Below, piece after piece: positions 45,045-56,541 of a stretch of DNA of 64,000 nt. The DNA comes from Trypanosoma brucei. Its lineage: Eukaryota. The notes beneath the pieces were generated by a model. The model was given only the letters and a program-made list of their open reading frames with translations. It had not been told where the DNA came from and did not search any database. A program made the translations under genes and the position numbers. Position 1 is the stretch's first letter, and every line of letters begins with the position of its first letter. The DNA lies in contig CP000070.1 in the NCBI GenBank assembly GCA_000002445.1, positions 384,001 to 448,000 on the forward strand, read 5' to 3'.

Positions 45045-45773
45045 ATGCCCGCTAAAGCTGTTCCCGCCCCGGAGTCTGCGATCAAGCGCGCTGCCTTCAA
45101 GCAGCAGCAGACGGAGAACTTCAAGAAGGCGATCGCTGCGAACAAAGTGGCGGCGGCTGCCCTGAAGAAACTTGCGTACAGTCGTGGTCTCAAGTACTCT
45201 CGTGAGTACCGCTCCACCGAGAAGAAGCTTGCTGGCTTGCGTCGGAACGCGAGGCAGCACGGTAACTACTACCTTGAGGCAAAACCAAAGGTAGCTGTTG
45301 TCACCCGTATTCGCGGTATTGCGAAGGTGCCACCAAAGCAGCGCAAGATCCTGCAGCTTCTGAGGCTCCGTCAGATCTTCAATACTGTGTTCGTGCGGTT
45401 GAATAAACCAATGGAGAATATGCTCCGCGCAGTGGAGCCGTACATTGCGTATGGCTATCCGTCATTGAGTACGGTACGCGCGATGGTGTACAAGCGTGGG
45501 CACTTGAAGATCAACGGTCAGCGTGTGAAGATCACCGATAACCAGATGATTAAGGACAAGTACCACAACGATGATATCGTCTGTGCCGAAGACATTGTTA
45601 ACCAGATCTACGCCTGCGGTAAGCACTTCCGGACTGTGACGAATGGTTTGTGGCCCTTCAAGCTTGCGCCCCCTGCTGGTGGCATGCGGCAAAAGCGCCG
45701 TCACTTCGTCGAGGGTGGTGATTACGGCAACCGTGACACATTGATCAACCGCTTCCTCGCGCGTATGATCTAA
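45045..45773 (+). CDS. RPL7: 60S ribosomal protein L7 (uL30), copy 1 of 3
   Basis: 242 aa. The C-terminus ...FVEGGDYGNRDTLINRFLARMI and VAVVTRIRGIAKVPPKQRKILQLLRLRQIFNTVFVRLNK match eukaryotic L7/uL30. Identical to copies 2 and 3. Confidence 0.85.
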   Translation: MPAKAVPAPESAIKRAAFKQQQTENFKKAIAANKVAAAALKKLAYSRGLKYSREYRSTEKKLAGLRRNARQHGNYYLEAKPKVAVVTRIRGIAKVPPKQRKILQLLRLRQIFNTVFVRLNKPMENMLRAVEPYIAYGYPSLSTVRAMVYKRGHLKINGQRVKITDNQMIKDKYHNDDIVCAEDIVNQIYACGKHFRTVTNGLWPFKLAPPAGGMRQKRRHFVEGGDYGNRDTLINRFLARMI

Positions 45774-46057
45774 ACTCAGCGGCGACGGTGGAGCACTGTG
45801 CATTATTACTTTGAAATAGTATTTTGTTTTTCGTTTGATGTGGGTGTGTTGTGTGTACTATTTTTCCACGGCTACCTATTCATCTTTCTCGGTTCTACTT
45901 AGGTGGAGCTTTAAATTTCACTTCAATAAAAAATCTCTCCTGCGTACTTTACGAAAGTTTTGTTACCAACAGAACACGAGTATCTAATTTTCTCCGTTCT
46001 GCCTTTACTTTAATGTTTATGACGGGACTCATACTGTTAGGAAAAGGTAGAGAAGTT

Positions 46058-46786
46058 ATGCCCGCTAAAGCTGTTCCCGCCCCGGAGTCTGCGATCAAGC
46101 GCGCTGCCTTCAAGCAGCAGCAGACGGAGAACTTCAAGAAGGCGATCGCTGCGAACAAAGTGGCGGCGGCTGCCCTGAAGAAACTTGCGTACAGTCGTGG
46201 TCTCAAGTACTCTCGTGAGTACCGCTCCACCGAGAAGAAGCTTGCTGGCTTGCGTCGGAACGCGAGGCAGCACGGTAACTACTACCTTGAGGCAAAACCA
46301 AAGGTAGCTGTTGTCACCCGTATTCGCGGTATTGCGAAGGTGCCACCAAAGCAGCGCAAGATCCTGCAGCTTCTGAGGCTCCGTCAGATCTTCAATACTG
46401 TGTTCGTGCGGTTGAATAAACCAATGGAGAATATGCTCCGCGCAGTGGAGCCGTACATTGCGTATGGCTATCCGTCATTGAGTACGGTACGCGCGATGGT
46501 GTACAAGCGTGGGCACTTGAAGATCAACGGTCAGCGTGTGAAGATCACCGATAACCAGATGATTAAGGACAAGTACCACAACGATGATATCGTCTGTGCC
46601 GAAGACATTGTTAACCAGATCTACGCCTGCGGTAAGCACTTCCGGACTGTGACGAATGGTTTGTGGCCCTTCAAGCTTGCGCCCCCTGCTGGTGGCATGC
46701 GGCAAAAGCGCCGTCACTTCGTCGAGGGTGGTGATTACGGCAACCGTGACACATTGATCAACCGCTTCCTCGCGCGTATGATCTAA
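46058..46786 (+). CDS. RPL7: 60S ribosomal protein L7 (uL30), copy 2 of 3
   Basis: Identical CDS 1013 bp downstream of copy 1. The tracked ORF 45851 extends upstream from a non-ATG start through the intergenic sequence. Confidence 0.85.
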   Translation: MPAKAVPAPESAIKRAAFKQQQTENFKKAIAANKVAAAALKKLAYSRGLKYSREYRSTEKKLAGLRRNARQHGNYYLEAKPKVAVVTRIRGIAKVPPKQRKILQLLRLRQIFNTVFVRLNKPMENMLRAVEPYIAYGYPSLSTVRAMVYKRGHLKINGQRVKITDNQMIKDKYHNDDIVCAEDIVNQIYACGKHFRTVTNGLWPFKLAPPAGGMRQKRRHFVEGGDYGNRDTLINRFLARMI

Positions 46787-47070
46787 ACTCAGCGGCGACG
46801 GTGGAGCACTGTGCATTATTACTTTGAAATAGTATTTTGTTTTTCGTTTGATGTGGGTGTGTTGTGTGTACTATTTTTCCACGGCTACCTATTCATCTTT
46901 CTCGGTTCTACTTAGGTGGAGCTTTAAATTTCACTTCAATAAAAAATCTCTCCTGCGTACTTTACGAAAGTTTTGTTACCAACAGAACACGAGTATCTAA
47001 TTTTCTCCGTTCTGCCTTTACTTTAATGTTTATGACGGGACTCATACTGTTAGGAAAAGGTAGAGAAGTT

Positions 47071-47799
47071 ATGCCCGCTAAAGCTGTTCCCGCCCCGGAG
47101 TCTGCGATCAAGCGCGCTGCCTTCAAGCAGCAGCAGACGGAGAACTTCAAGAAGGCGATCGCTGCGAACAAAGTGGCGGCGGCTGCCCTGAAGAAACTTG
47201 CGTACAGTCGTGGTCTCAAGTACTCTCGTGAGTACCGCTCCACCGAGAAGAAGCTTGCTGGCTTGCGTCGGAACGCGAGGCAGCACGGTAACTACTACCT
47301 TGAGGCAAAACCAAAGGTAGCTGTTGTCACCCGTATTCGCGGTATTGCGAAGGTGCCACCAAAGCAGCGCAAGATCCTGCAGCTTCTGAGGCTCCGTCAG
47401 ATCTTCAATACTGTGTTCGTGCGGTTGAATAAACCAATGGAGAATATGCTCCGCGCAGTGGAGCCGTACATTGCGTATGGCTATCCGTCATTGAGTACGG
47501 TACGCGCGATGGTGTACAAGCGTGGGCACTTGAAGATCAACGGTCAGCGTGTGAAGATCACCGATAACCAGATGATTAAGGACAAGTACCACAACGATGA
47601 TATCGTCTGTGCCGAAGACATTGTTAACCAGATCTACGCCTGCGGTAAGCACTTCCGGACTGTGACGAATGGTTTGTGGCCCTTCAAGCTTGCGCCCCCT
47701 GCTGGTGGCATGCGGCAAAAGCGCCGTCACTTCGTCGAGGGTGGTGATTACGGCAACCGTGACACATTGATCAACCGCTTCCTCGCGCGTATGATCTAA
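47071..47799 (+). CDS. RPL7: 60S ribosomal protein L7 (uL30), copy 3 of 3
   Basis: Identical CDS a further 1013 bp downstream. The 3' flank diverges immediately after the stop codon. Confidence 0.85.
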   Translation: MPAKAVPAPESAIKRAAFKQQQTENFKKAIAANKVAAAALKKLAYSRGLKYSREYRSTEKKLAGLRRNARQHGNYYLEAKPKVAVVTRIRGIAKVPPKQRKILQLLRLRQIFNTVFVRLNKPMENMLRAVEPYIAYGYPSLSTVRAMVYKRGHLKINGQRVKITDNQMIKDKYHNDDIVCAEDIVNQIYACGKHFRTVTNGLWPFKLAPPAGGMRQKRRHFVEGGDYGNRDTLINRFLARMI

Positions 47800-48874
47800 A
47801 CTCTGTGGCGACAACTTCTTGAGGAAAACCTTTCCATCCTATTTAGTTTTCCTTTCTGATTTTTTGTGTTTGTTGATTTTACTATTTTTTACTGCCTGTT
47901 GAGGCTGCTTGCGTTCACTGTTTCCCAACCACTGCTGGCAGTTTGCTTTGTCATGTGGTGGTGGGGGGAAGGTGCTAGTTACTCGTCTCATCGGGTGATA
48001 TTTGTTTTGCCTATGATATTTGTATCTATGCTCTTTTCCCTAATTGTTCTTTTTTTTTTTTTGTATTCTAAAATGGGTCTTAGTTGTGTTTACCAGGTTG
48101 TCCATATCGTTTAGTACAAGTGGGTGCGGAGGTACTGTGTTTACTTATTAGCGGGACATTTCATGAAACGGAAAGAAGGCAATTGGAGGGTGAATGTCGT
48201 TGGGTTCTACGTGAGGGCACGGGCAGTCGTGGTTTAAACATTTTTTGTGGTCGCTGTGCAATCCCGATTCACGACATTCCTCACCACTATGATTAACTTG
48301 TAATGAAGTACTTCGTTGCAATGAGGGGGTGAAGGGTAGGTGAAGGGTATGTACTTTCACTAAGTTTCTAGCGGGGCAAACGGAAGGCGGTGTCTGCGAT
48401 CAGCCAACGGGATCTTGCGTGTGTTACAACTGAAAGTGCGCCATCCTGTGTATCTTGCGATAGGGCGGTGACGGTTATTGGTTCCCTTTGATTTTCAGTT
48501 CAAGCCATCACCAGTCACGCCTTGCGCCACAGTGCCTACGGCATTTGGTGTGTTGTTAAATTACAGGATTATTGGTTCCCCGCTCGTTATATCAGCAATG
48601 AATGCAGGAGAATGGGAGAAAGGGTCGAAGACAATGTTTTTTGTTTTCAACACAAGGGAGGAGACTCAGTATTAGGTGGTATACTTTCTTCATACGCCAA
48701 ATCTGTTCTAGACGTACGAGAGTGAGTTTGTCTCTCTTTCATTTACTTCATCGCTTCCCCACCCATTCAACTTCCTCCCCCGTTTTACCTACAACCGGGT
48801 GAGGAAGAAAAAATTGTAAAAGGTCTCCATTGTCATATAGCAGGAACTAAAACGTTTCCATTTCAGCAAAGGTG

Positions 48875-50089
48875 ATGGAGCATCTAATCGCTGCGAGGCC
48901 GCTGCCACCTGCCATAGGAAGGGGCGATAAAATCGAAGGAGCAAAAGCACCTGAAAGAATGAAAACGTCCATAAGAGACAAATTAGCTGCCGTGCAAAGC
49001 ATGCGTACCAACGAGCTGCAGGAGGCCCTTGCACGAGAAAAGCAACTGTCATACGTTATATGTGAGTTGAAGAAACGCTCGGGGGAAATGGAGGTATCGC
49101 GGGAAACGGAGCGAGAAATAAACGCGCAGAAGTCCTTTTATATTATTAAGGAAAACGAGTGCCTGAAGAAGCAGGTTCAGTTGCTGGAGAGGGAACTTGC
49201 TGACGCAAGGCGGAGGTACGAGAGGGAACTCTTGCGGCTGCAAACAGCGCTGAATAATACGCAGGAGATGCTTGTAACGGATAGGCAGATATCGAAGAAG
49301 CGAGAAGGTGAGAGGGAGGAAGCCGTTCAACGTTTAGTGACGAACCTTCGCCTCATGCAAGCAGAGATTGTGCATTACGAATCGGAGAATAAACGGTTGG
49401 AGGCCACGAAGCAGGCGCTGAGTGAGTCGAAAGCCGAATGTGAATCGGTGAGAGCGGAGTGCTCCCTATGGAAAGAAATCTGTCAGCATCAGCAGTGGTT
49501 TCTTTTGAATGAGCGGGAGGAATTTGTAGATGCTCTTCGTGTTCATGAATTGGAGGAGAAACAACTGTGGGAAGGTACCACTTGCGCAGCGGCTAAGGTG
49601 ATGGCCGGATATGCGAAGTCTGTAACTGAGCGTATGGAAAGCGAAGTTGACATCTGTTTTAAGTTAAAAATGCTTATGCTGAAGGATGTGGTGTCCACCA
49701 TGAAAGCAGAGCAACTCGAGGAGCAGCGAAAGTTGGCGGCTGAGGAACTGAAAGAGCTGAGGGAGAAGCGTATGGCACTGATGAAGCTATTTGACAACTA
49801 CCAGCTGCAAATAGAACAAAATCAGAGGGAGAACTGCGAGAGTTTAGCACTGCTGAAGTCAGTTGATGATGCCACAATGGCGTATGTCTTGAAGCAAAGG
49901 GATCAAGAGGTGGTAGATAAAATATGTCTATGGAAGGGTGCATATTTAGAGGGTGATAAACTTTTACGGGCACTACTCAAGCGCTATCAACCGTTCCAGC
50001 GGGGAGACGAGAAGTTTGTCTCCCATGTCATTGGATACTTGAACAAAGGGCCGCATGTGCAAGAACCACTTGATATATGGCTTGATTAG
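48875..50089 (+). CDS. coiled-coil protein (hypothetical)
   Basis: 404 aa, rich in heptad-like E/K/L/Q segments (LKKQVQLLERELADARRRYERELLRLQTAL...). The tracked start 48872 is GTG; ATG at 48875. Confidence 0.45.
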   Translation: MEHLIAARPLPPAIGRGDKIEGAKAPERMKTSIRDKLAAVQSMRTNELQEALAREKQLSYVICELKKRSGEMEVSRETEREINAQKSFYIIKENECLKKQVQLLERELADARRRYERELLRLQTALNNTQEMLVTDRQISKKREGEREEAVQRLVTNLRLMQAEIVHYESENKRLEATKQALSESKAECESVRAECSLWKEICQHQQWFLLNEREEFVDALRVHELEEKQLWEGTTCAAAKVMAGYAKSVTERMESEVDICFKLKMLMLKDVVSTMKAEQLEEQRKLAAEELKELREKRMALMKLFDNYQLQIEQNQRENCESLALLKSVDDATMAYVLKQRDQEVVDKICLWKGAYLEGDKLLRALLKRYQPFQRGDEKFVSHVIGYLNKGPHVQEPLDIWLD

Positions 50090-50533
50090 TGATGTCTGTT
50101 GTTGTTGTATTCAGGTGGCAATCTCCACCTCAAATGTAGTTAGACATCATCAGTGCCGCCTTTATTTATTTATTTTTGTATTTTTGCTTCCCTACCCTCT
50201 ACATTTGATACATGCGCACTTTTCATGTGGGGAACACTTCGCTACCTGTGATTTTATGTACGTTGCAACTGTCTTCTTTTTTTTTTTTTTTGTGGAAATA
50301 GTAGTATACTTGCGTGCCCCCCTTTTTTTTCACAGTTCTACTACTGGAAAGATGAGAGGATTTGGCGAAGCTCTTTTTCTTTTTTCATTTACTTTCTGAA
50401 GAAGTGCAGAAGCTTCTCTCACTGATGCTGTTGTCCTTGTTTCCAATTACCGGTCCTTCTGTTTCTGCAACTTAAATTATTAAACCACTTTTTACGTTCT
50501 CCAATCATCTTCTACACAAACATCAACAATCAT

Positions 50534-52363
50534 ATGCGAAGAGTAATGGATCGTATATACAGCCAGCCGGGGATAAACGCGATTATCCGTGAGAAGGCTG
50601 CTGAGCTCGGTAGCGCTGCTGCGGCTCTGTCATACGTCCATAGACACCTCCGTGAGGCGCTTTCCAGTGCAGAAGTGGCTACGGCAGTTCACGATGTCTT
50701 TCCAATCGGTGCTTCGCAGGATTCCGTAGGGAAATTATGTCGGTGCCGCGGGATGATTCAGGAAGTGGACCCAAGTGTTGCGTTATACCGTGCTTCCCCC
50801 AATAATTTTTTGGGTGCAGAAACCACGGATGATGCTGTAATGCTGGAGGCCCTTCAGGTGTACGTTATTCCTGTCCCCGGTAACGCACACTTTTATGGCA
50901 TCCAAGATCAACAACAAACGGGATATCAGCAAGCTCAGGGTGCCGCAACGTGCACTGAAGGTGGTGGCTTCCTTCCAGCGGATACTTCGGATTTAGGCCG
51001 CAACTCCGGTCTTGACCGTAAGCGACGCGAACGGACACCAATGGGAGATCAGACGCATCAGGGGGAGTGGAATAGTGAAGATCCCGACGTCGAGCGCGAC
51101 CCAAAGCAAAGCCGTTATGAAGGGGATAAGTTGTTGGGTACACTACCAGCGCATTCAGCAGCGAATGTACCACTTCACCACCAGCTGAACCTTCCACATC
51201 CACCACTCTGCTGGACGCTTCATACAGCCTGTGTTGTAACCGTGATTTATGGCGGTAGTGCGGAGGAGGAGCCGCTGCGACTCAACGACGTGGTTGACTT
51301 CTTCGGTTTTATTGACGAACCATCCATTGTTGAGCATTCATGTGGTCCATATGCCGAGGTAGAGGACTTCGAAAACTTTGATGCATGGCACACCGAACAA
51401 CTCCCTCCTGGTGTCCTCCCGCGAATGACATGTTTGTCGTGGCAGCGCGTCTACTGTCAACCTGACCGCCCACTGTGTCACTTCTACTTTGAGTCAAAAC
51501 GCCCCCTTGTCTTACAGCATTTAAAAAACACTGTATGTAAGGGAGACTCCTTACTGGCCGAATACATCTTGCTACACCTCTGTGCGCGCGTTATCACTCA
51601 GGAGGGTGGAATGCCCGTTGGAGACTTACCACTCCGGGTTGAGGGCGACATTGTGAATCTTGATATGTGGTCAGCATACATGAGGGAAGTTGCACCTGTG
51701 GGCGAGGTCCTGTTGGATTTATCGAAACTGACTAGTTCGTCTCTGCGTGTCACATCGAGCCTGGACGAGAAAAGCAACATATTACGCGCTGGTGTTCTCC
51801 AGTTAGCGAATGGGACACATGTCACACTTGACAGTCGTGCTGTTGCCATTGCCAGCAGCGGTGTCCAGGATGCTATTTTCTCTGCAGTCCACAAGCAGGT
51901 GCTGCAGCTGGAATACCCTTATCAGAAACTTGAACTGCCGATTGATCTTAGTTTCCTCGTTCTTTCGACCACAAAGTTGACTGATGAGATTGGTTTTTTG
52001 CAATTGGCTGTTTCTGTGCGGTGGTTACCAGAGCTCACAACGGAGGCTGCAATTTCTAACGATATTAGCGTAGACGAAGTGAGAGACTACTTTGCGCAGG
52101 TGCGGCGGTTGCCCCGCAGATTCGAAAGGGAGGATGACATTTCGACAACTCAACTATCTGACAAGTTGTTGGCTTTCTCCCAGTCTGAGCCGCGTTGGAA
52201 TAACCACGACTCATTCATACACAATAACTCTTTCGCTATGGCTGCTTCAATGATGCGTGCGTATGCAGCAAGTGTAGGACGCGAGGTAATTACCAACGAA
52301 AGCGTCGGTTTTGTTCTGGCTCTCGAAGGCCAGCGTGTAGCACGTTGTTATGATGAAACATAG
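50534..52363 (+). CDS. hypothetical protein (609 aa)
   Basis: ATG-initiated long + strand ORF. No motif recognised. Confidence 0.5.
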   Translation: MRRVMDRIYSQPGINAIIREKAAELGSAAAALSYVHRHLREALSSAEVATAVHDVFPIGASQDSVGKLCRCRGMIQEVDPSVALYRASPNNFLGAETTDDAVMLEALQVYVIPVPGNAHFYGIQDQQQTGYQQAQGAATCTEGGGFLPADTSDLGRNSGLDRKRRERTPMGDQTHQGEWNSEDPDVERDPKQSRYEGDKLLGTLPAHSAANVPLHHQLNLPHPPLCWTLHTACVVTVIYGGSAEEEPLRLNDVVDFFGFIDEPSIVEHSCGPYAEVEDFENFDAWHTEQLPPGVLPRMTCLSWQRVYCQPDRPLCHFYFESKRPLVLQHLKNTVCKGDSLLAEYILLHLCARVITQEGGMPVGDLPLRVEGDIVNLDMWSAYMREVAPVGEVLLDLSKLTSSSLRVTSSLDEKSNILRAGVLQLANGTHVTLDSRAVAIASSGVQDAIFSAVHKQVLQLEYPYQKLELPIDLSFLVLSTTKLTDEIGFLQLAVSVRWLPELTTEAAISNDISVDEVRDYFAQVRRLPRRFEREDDISTTQLSDKLLAFSQSEPRWNNHDSFIHNNSFAMAASMMRAYAASVGREVITNESVGFVLALEGQRVARCYDET

Positions 52364-52818
52364 TGGCTGCGGTGCTGGGTGGATCACAAAGCAAGTGTGT
52401 GCAGCATACCCAACATCCTTCTTCCCACCCGTTGGTTCTTCGTTTACCTACTCTGTTATAGTAGTAATAGATGCCGCTGTCTTGGTTAAGCACTTAACCT
52501 GTGACTCTCCCTGCTGGTTAGTGCTGTACTTCCTACACAAACATACCCGCCTCTAACTTGAATCGTTCTCTTTCAACTCGTTTTGCATTCTTTTCTCTTT
52601 CTCTCACTCTCTCTCACATTCATTTGCTGCATGCGCATATTATCCTGACTACTGATGCATACAATTTATATTGAAGAAGGTAAATAGAGCATATCAACAG
52701 TTTAAAAAAAAGGCCAAATAACGTAAAGTAACATATTACATTTTTTTTTTTTGAAAGTGTCGTTGGATCTCGTGACAACAGAATAACACAGAAGGAAAAA
52801 GCACTTAACATTTTGGAC

Positions 52819-53526
52819 ATGTCACTTGTGGAGGTTTTGCCGAACTACTTCACTCTTTCGAAGGACTCACCCCTTCGGAAGAAGTTCGAAAAGGTGTACA
52901 AATGGTATTCACCAGCCTTTTCGCCTCACGATGTTCCGCGCTTTGCTGAGGTGGGGAATATCACCGAAAATCCTGAAGTGATGCGCGGCATTCGAGACTT
53001 CTTCGTTGACCGCTATAAAAATCTTCAGCAGCCCATCACCCACATTTTGGGGTTTGACTCTCGTGGTTTTCTGCTTGGACCAATGATTGCAGTGGAGCTG
53101 AACGTGCCTTTTGTACTGATAAGGAAGGCGAACAAAATCGCTGGTGTTATCATTAAGAGTGAACCTTACACGAAGGAATACGCCGCAGAATCAGAGGAGT
53201 GCATGACCGTTCGCTTCGGGAGCTTTGACAAGAATTCTCGCGTTGTTCTCATCGATGATGTGATTGCCACTGGTGGTACCATGCTTGCGGGAGTGCAACT
53301 TGTTGATGCATGTGGTGCCACTCTTGTGGAAGTGGCGGGTATTCTCGGCCTCACTTTCCTCAAAGGAACGCAACCCGCCCATACATTTGCGGGAGGTCGG
53401 TACAGTAATGTTCCATTTGTCACTCTTGTGGATGAAACTGTCCTTTCTGATGAAAACTGTGGCGATCCTCTTCATCACAAGGGATCCCGCATAATAAGCT
53501 GCGCCGAGGCAAAAAAATTGATTTAA
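52819..53526 (+). CDS. APRT1: adenine phosphoribosyltransferase (type I PRTase), cytosolic-type paralog
   Basis: PRPP-binding motif VVLIDDVIATGGTMLAG and the APRT-like GFDSRGFLLGPMIAVELNVPFVLIRK. The C-terminus -KKLI has no PTS1. The tracked start 52813 is TTG; ATG at 52819. Confidence 0.75.
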   Translation: MSLVEVLPNYFTLSKDSPLRKKFEKVYKWYSPAFSPHDVPRFAEVGNITENPEVMRGIRDFFVDRYKNLQQPITHILGFDSRGFLLGPMIAVELNVPFVLIRKANKIAGVIIKSEPYTKEYAAESEECMTVRFGSFDKNSRVVLIDDVIATGGTMLAGVQLVDACGATLVEVAGILGLTFLKGTQPAHTFAGGRYSNVPFVTLVDETVLSDENCGDPLHHKGSRIISCAEAKKLI

Positions 53527-54273
53527 GGAATATATTGGGCAGGTAACGCCCGTAACGGATCCTTAATGATGTTACAGGTATTATTTTTAATTTGGGTAAC
53601 AGAAGAATATATATATATATATAAAAGAGAGATAATCGAGGCAGTGACATTATTTATATGTGTGATATCCAACAGCGTTGGTGGTCCACACGGAAAAAGA
53701 CAGCGGAGAAGAATCAGTGAAAGGAAGAGACATGGCGTTGAGTGCTTTTTTTTTTTCCTTCTTACGGGATGGGTATTTAAAAGGTGGTGCCTCATTTTTT
53801 GCGAGCAGTAGGCCTTGTTTTGTGTCAAGTGCAGCATTTAGCATATTAGTTTACACATGACTACGGGGCGTTCTGGGAATAAGAATTCTCCTCGGGTTGG
53901 CACACCTGTAAATTTATATGTCGTACCTCCCCTCTATTGGCGTATCAATTTTTTTTCTCATTGCCTCCTGCATCCCTTCCCGCGTGTTCTTTTTTTTTTT
54001 TGCTGCTTTTCGGTATTTCAAACCTCTCTAAATTATGGGGGAGGGGGGCTGTTGCTTGTTTCACCCCCACGTGTGCAACGCTTTCCGTGTGTTACTCATC
54101 GCCACTTCAACAATTACTATCCACCTCCGTTTCGTTTTGCCCTGCTACTTCATTTCGCTTACCACAATTTATTCAATTAAGTTTCTTACTAATAGTAGTA
54201 GTAGTTGAGCACCCGCTTGTTTTGTTGCCGTTTTTCAAGGTTAATCACAAGTCTTTATCTGTTATCCATAACT

Positions 54274-54966
54274 ATGTCACAGTATGATGCGATTCTGACT
54301 GAGCGTCACCCACATCACTTCACGCTGGCAGATACCCATCCGCTAGCCAAGGAACTGCATGCCAATATCTTTGGAGAATCGGATTTAACACATGCCAATT
54401 GTGCTCACGTATACGACATCAGCAGTCTTACCGAAAAGCCGGCGCTCTTTCGAAAGGTCATCGAGTTCCTCAAATGCCGCTATGAAACGATGGGTGACAC
54501 CGGTCCAACACACATCATTGGAGTGGAATCACGCGGTTACATCATTGGGGCCCCTCTGGCAGTGGCGCTTGGTATTCCATTCGTAACCGCCCGTGTGACG
54601 AAACGGTTTCCCTCTTCATTTGTACCTGAAGGTGACGATTTGAAGTATTTGCCGATGTCACGCTCTATCCGAAATGACAGCATTCCTCCGCGTGCGCGTG
54701 TGTTGATTGTTGACGATTTCATTGGTACGGGAAGCACAATGCTTGCCGCACTGCGACTTGCAGATATTGTGGCTGCTCAAGTAGTAGAAGTTCTTACCGT
54801 CTGTGATGTGGCCTCGTTGGGGGGTATCAAAATTATACGTGAATCCGATGATGAAATGTTCAAAGAGACGCCTATCTTTACTTTGATTCACTTCAAACTC
54901 TCCCCGCGGGAGGCTGAAGAGCAACTTGAATTCGTTAACTCATACATTACCAGGTCACGACTGTGA
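54274..54966 (+). CDS. APRT2: adenine phosphoribosyltransferase paralog with a C-terminal PTS1-like -SRL (glycosomal-type)
   Basis: VLIVDDFIGTGSTMLAAL PRTase motif and IGVESRGYIIGAPLAVALGIPFVTAR. It ends ...YITRSRL. It is strongly diverged from the upstream paralog. The tracked start 54205 is TTG; the first ATG is 54274 (MSQYDAILTE...). Confidence 0.7.
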   Translation: MSQYDAILTERHPHHFTLADTHPLAKELHANIFGESDLTHANCAHVYDISSLTEKPALFRKVIEFLKCRYETMGDTGPTHIIGVESRGYIIGAPLAVALGIPFVTARVTKRFPSSFVPEGDDLKYLPMSRSIRNDSIPPRARVLIVDDFIGTGSTMLAALRLADIVAAQVVEVLTVCDVASLGGIKIIRESDDEMFKETPIFTLIHFKLSPREAEEQLEFVNSYITRSRL

Positions 54967-56282
54967 GATATTTCCCCTCCCCTTTTTATACCTCAGTTGT
55001 GGCATGATATCTTCATGTGAGTGTTCATCTGCTCTATGTGGAATTGAGAGAGAGTCACTGGAATAAGAGCAGCTGCGGAAAACAATTTTTTTTTTTTTGA
55101 AAAACAGTTAAAGTAAGGAAACAAGCGGCAGTGACGTGGAGGAGCCTAAAGTGCGCATGTTCCCTCATGCGGTCGGCACCTCTCATAATTGCTACCAATG
55201 GTGTGTTCTCCTTCGTATCGGTGTTATTTCAGATAGCGGGATAATCACATGGAATAAAACTGAACAGCAAGCAGTGAAGTGAAGGGGAGGGGAGGCGTTG
55301 GTAAAGAAACGTGTTTTAATGACAGGTGCGGGTAGGGAAGTGACAATTTTCCAAACATAAATGCTGATTGCAATATATTCCTCATTTTCCCCATACACGA
55401 AAAAGGTTACTAAGGGAAAACGAAAAAAGAAAAAGAAGGATGAAGCACAATCTTACGGGAAGTAGTTACTCATCTTCTGCGTGTCCGCGTATTTGGAAAG
55501 CATATTAAAACAACAGGTATGTGTGAGGGTGTTTGTTTTTTTTTTTTCGTATGTTCGTGAAGCGAATGGAAACGTGATGATGTTCACCTTATCTTCAGTT
55601 CGTTAGCAAGAGAGGGGAAGGGAAGCATCCGCTTCTATTTTCTGCTCCTCTTTTTCCCTTTTCATATATATATATATTATTATTATTATTATTATCATTT
55701 TTATTATCGTTATCTTCTTTCTGTGTTTGTCTGTTGTTGTGACCATTCCGAAGGCTGGCGGTGCAACCTCGTCCTTTTTCCCCCTCCCCCCCCTCACGTC
55801 ATACCTCTGGATACATAACGTTTTCCAATTTAGAAAAGAATTATTGTGTGGACGCCACGTCATCCTCCAGCTTTTTCTTTTTTCCTCCTCTACAGACTCT
55901 TCTTTCGGACCATATGACTGTTACCGGCAACTACCAACTTAAAAAAATATGTGCGGACGACTACGTTAGTTCTTTCGTAGTTTGACGAGTTTTTCTTTTT
56001 CCTTTTTTTTTTGTTGTTGCGGTGGATGTTTATCTCACTCTGACCATGTGTAGTACTTTTGAGTTAAGCGGAGGACTTCAGACAGCGACATAATACCGCT
56101 GCGCTTGTGTCTGTATGTTTGATTAAGAAAATACAAGTAAAAGGTTGTTTGTATTTTTGTCTTCGTGCGCATGCGTTATGCACTGTTCTTTTATTCTTTC
56201 CTTCTGTCCTCTTTGCTTTGTATGCTTCTTTTTTTATTTTCTGCTGATCGCCATTGGGAGCCCACGCGCTTTAACGAGGGGA

Positions 56283-56287
<5 letters not shown>

Positions 56288-56326
<39 letters not shown>
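56288..56326. repeat. (TA)n microsatellite, about 19 units
   Basis: aatatatatatat...atatattt in the long intergenic region 54967-56541. Confidence 0.9.
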
Positions 56327-56329
<3 letters not shown>

Positions 56330-56541
56330 GTGGGGAGTAAAGGGAGCTCAAAAGGGAAGTGACCGCATCGCCACCCGCTTTGTATTTCTTTTTGTTGGTC
56401 AGACTCCAGTAAAAGGGAAGGAACCGATAAAAGTAACAGACCTAACTGCTATAACATTTACTCAGTTAAGCAAGGGGGGGGAAGCATTAGAAAGGTGTTT
56501 TATCTCACACGTCCAACGCCTCGCTGCACGGCGGTTCGAAT

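Larger units (their letters stand above)
45045..47799 (+). repeat. tandem RPL7 gene array: 2 full 1013-bp units (CDS plus 284-bp spacer) followed by a third CDS
   Basis: ORF-track features recur at exact +1013 offsets (CDS ends 45773, 46786, 47799), and the 284-bp spacers are letter-for-letter identical. The upstream flank of copy 1 and the downstream flank of copy 3 are unique. Confidence 0.9.

Noticed and set aside
44492-45055. 187-aa + strand ORF just upstream of RPL7 copy 1
   Set aside because: It sits in the pyrimidine-rich inter-CDS region. Its translation is low-complexity (Phe/Leu/Ser/Tyr-rich). It overlaps the expected trans-splice and 5'UTR region of RPL7. It is likely noncoding.
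45851-46057. N-terminal extensions of RPL7 copies 2 and 3 in the ORF track (311-aa ORFs 45851-46786 and 46864-47799)
   Set aside because: The extension starts at a non-ATG codon and reads through the spacer. The conserved RPL7 protein begins at the internal ATG (MPAKAV), exactly as in copy 1.
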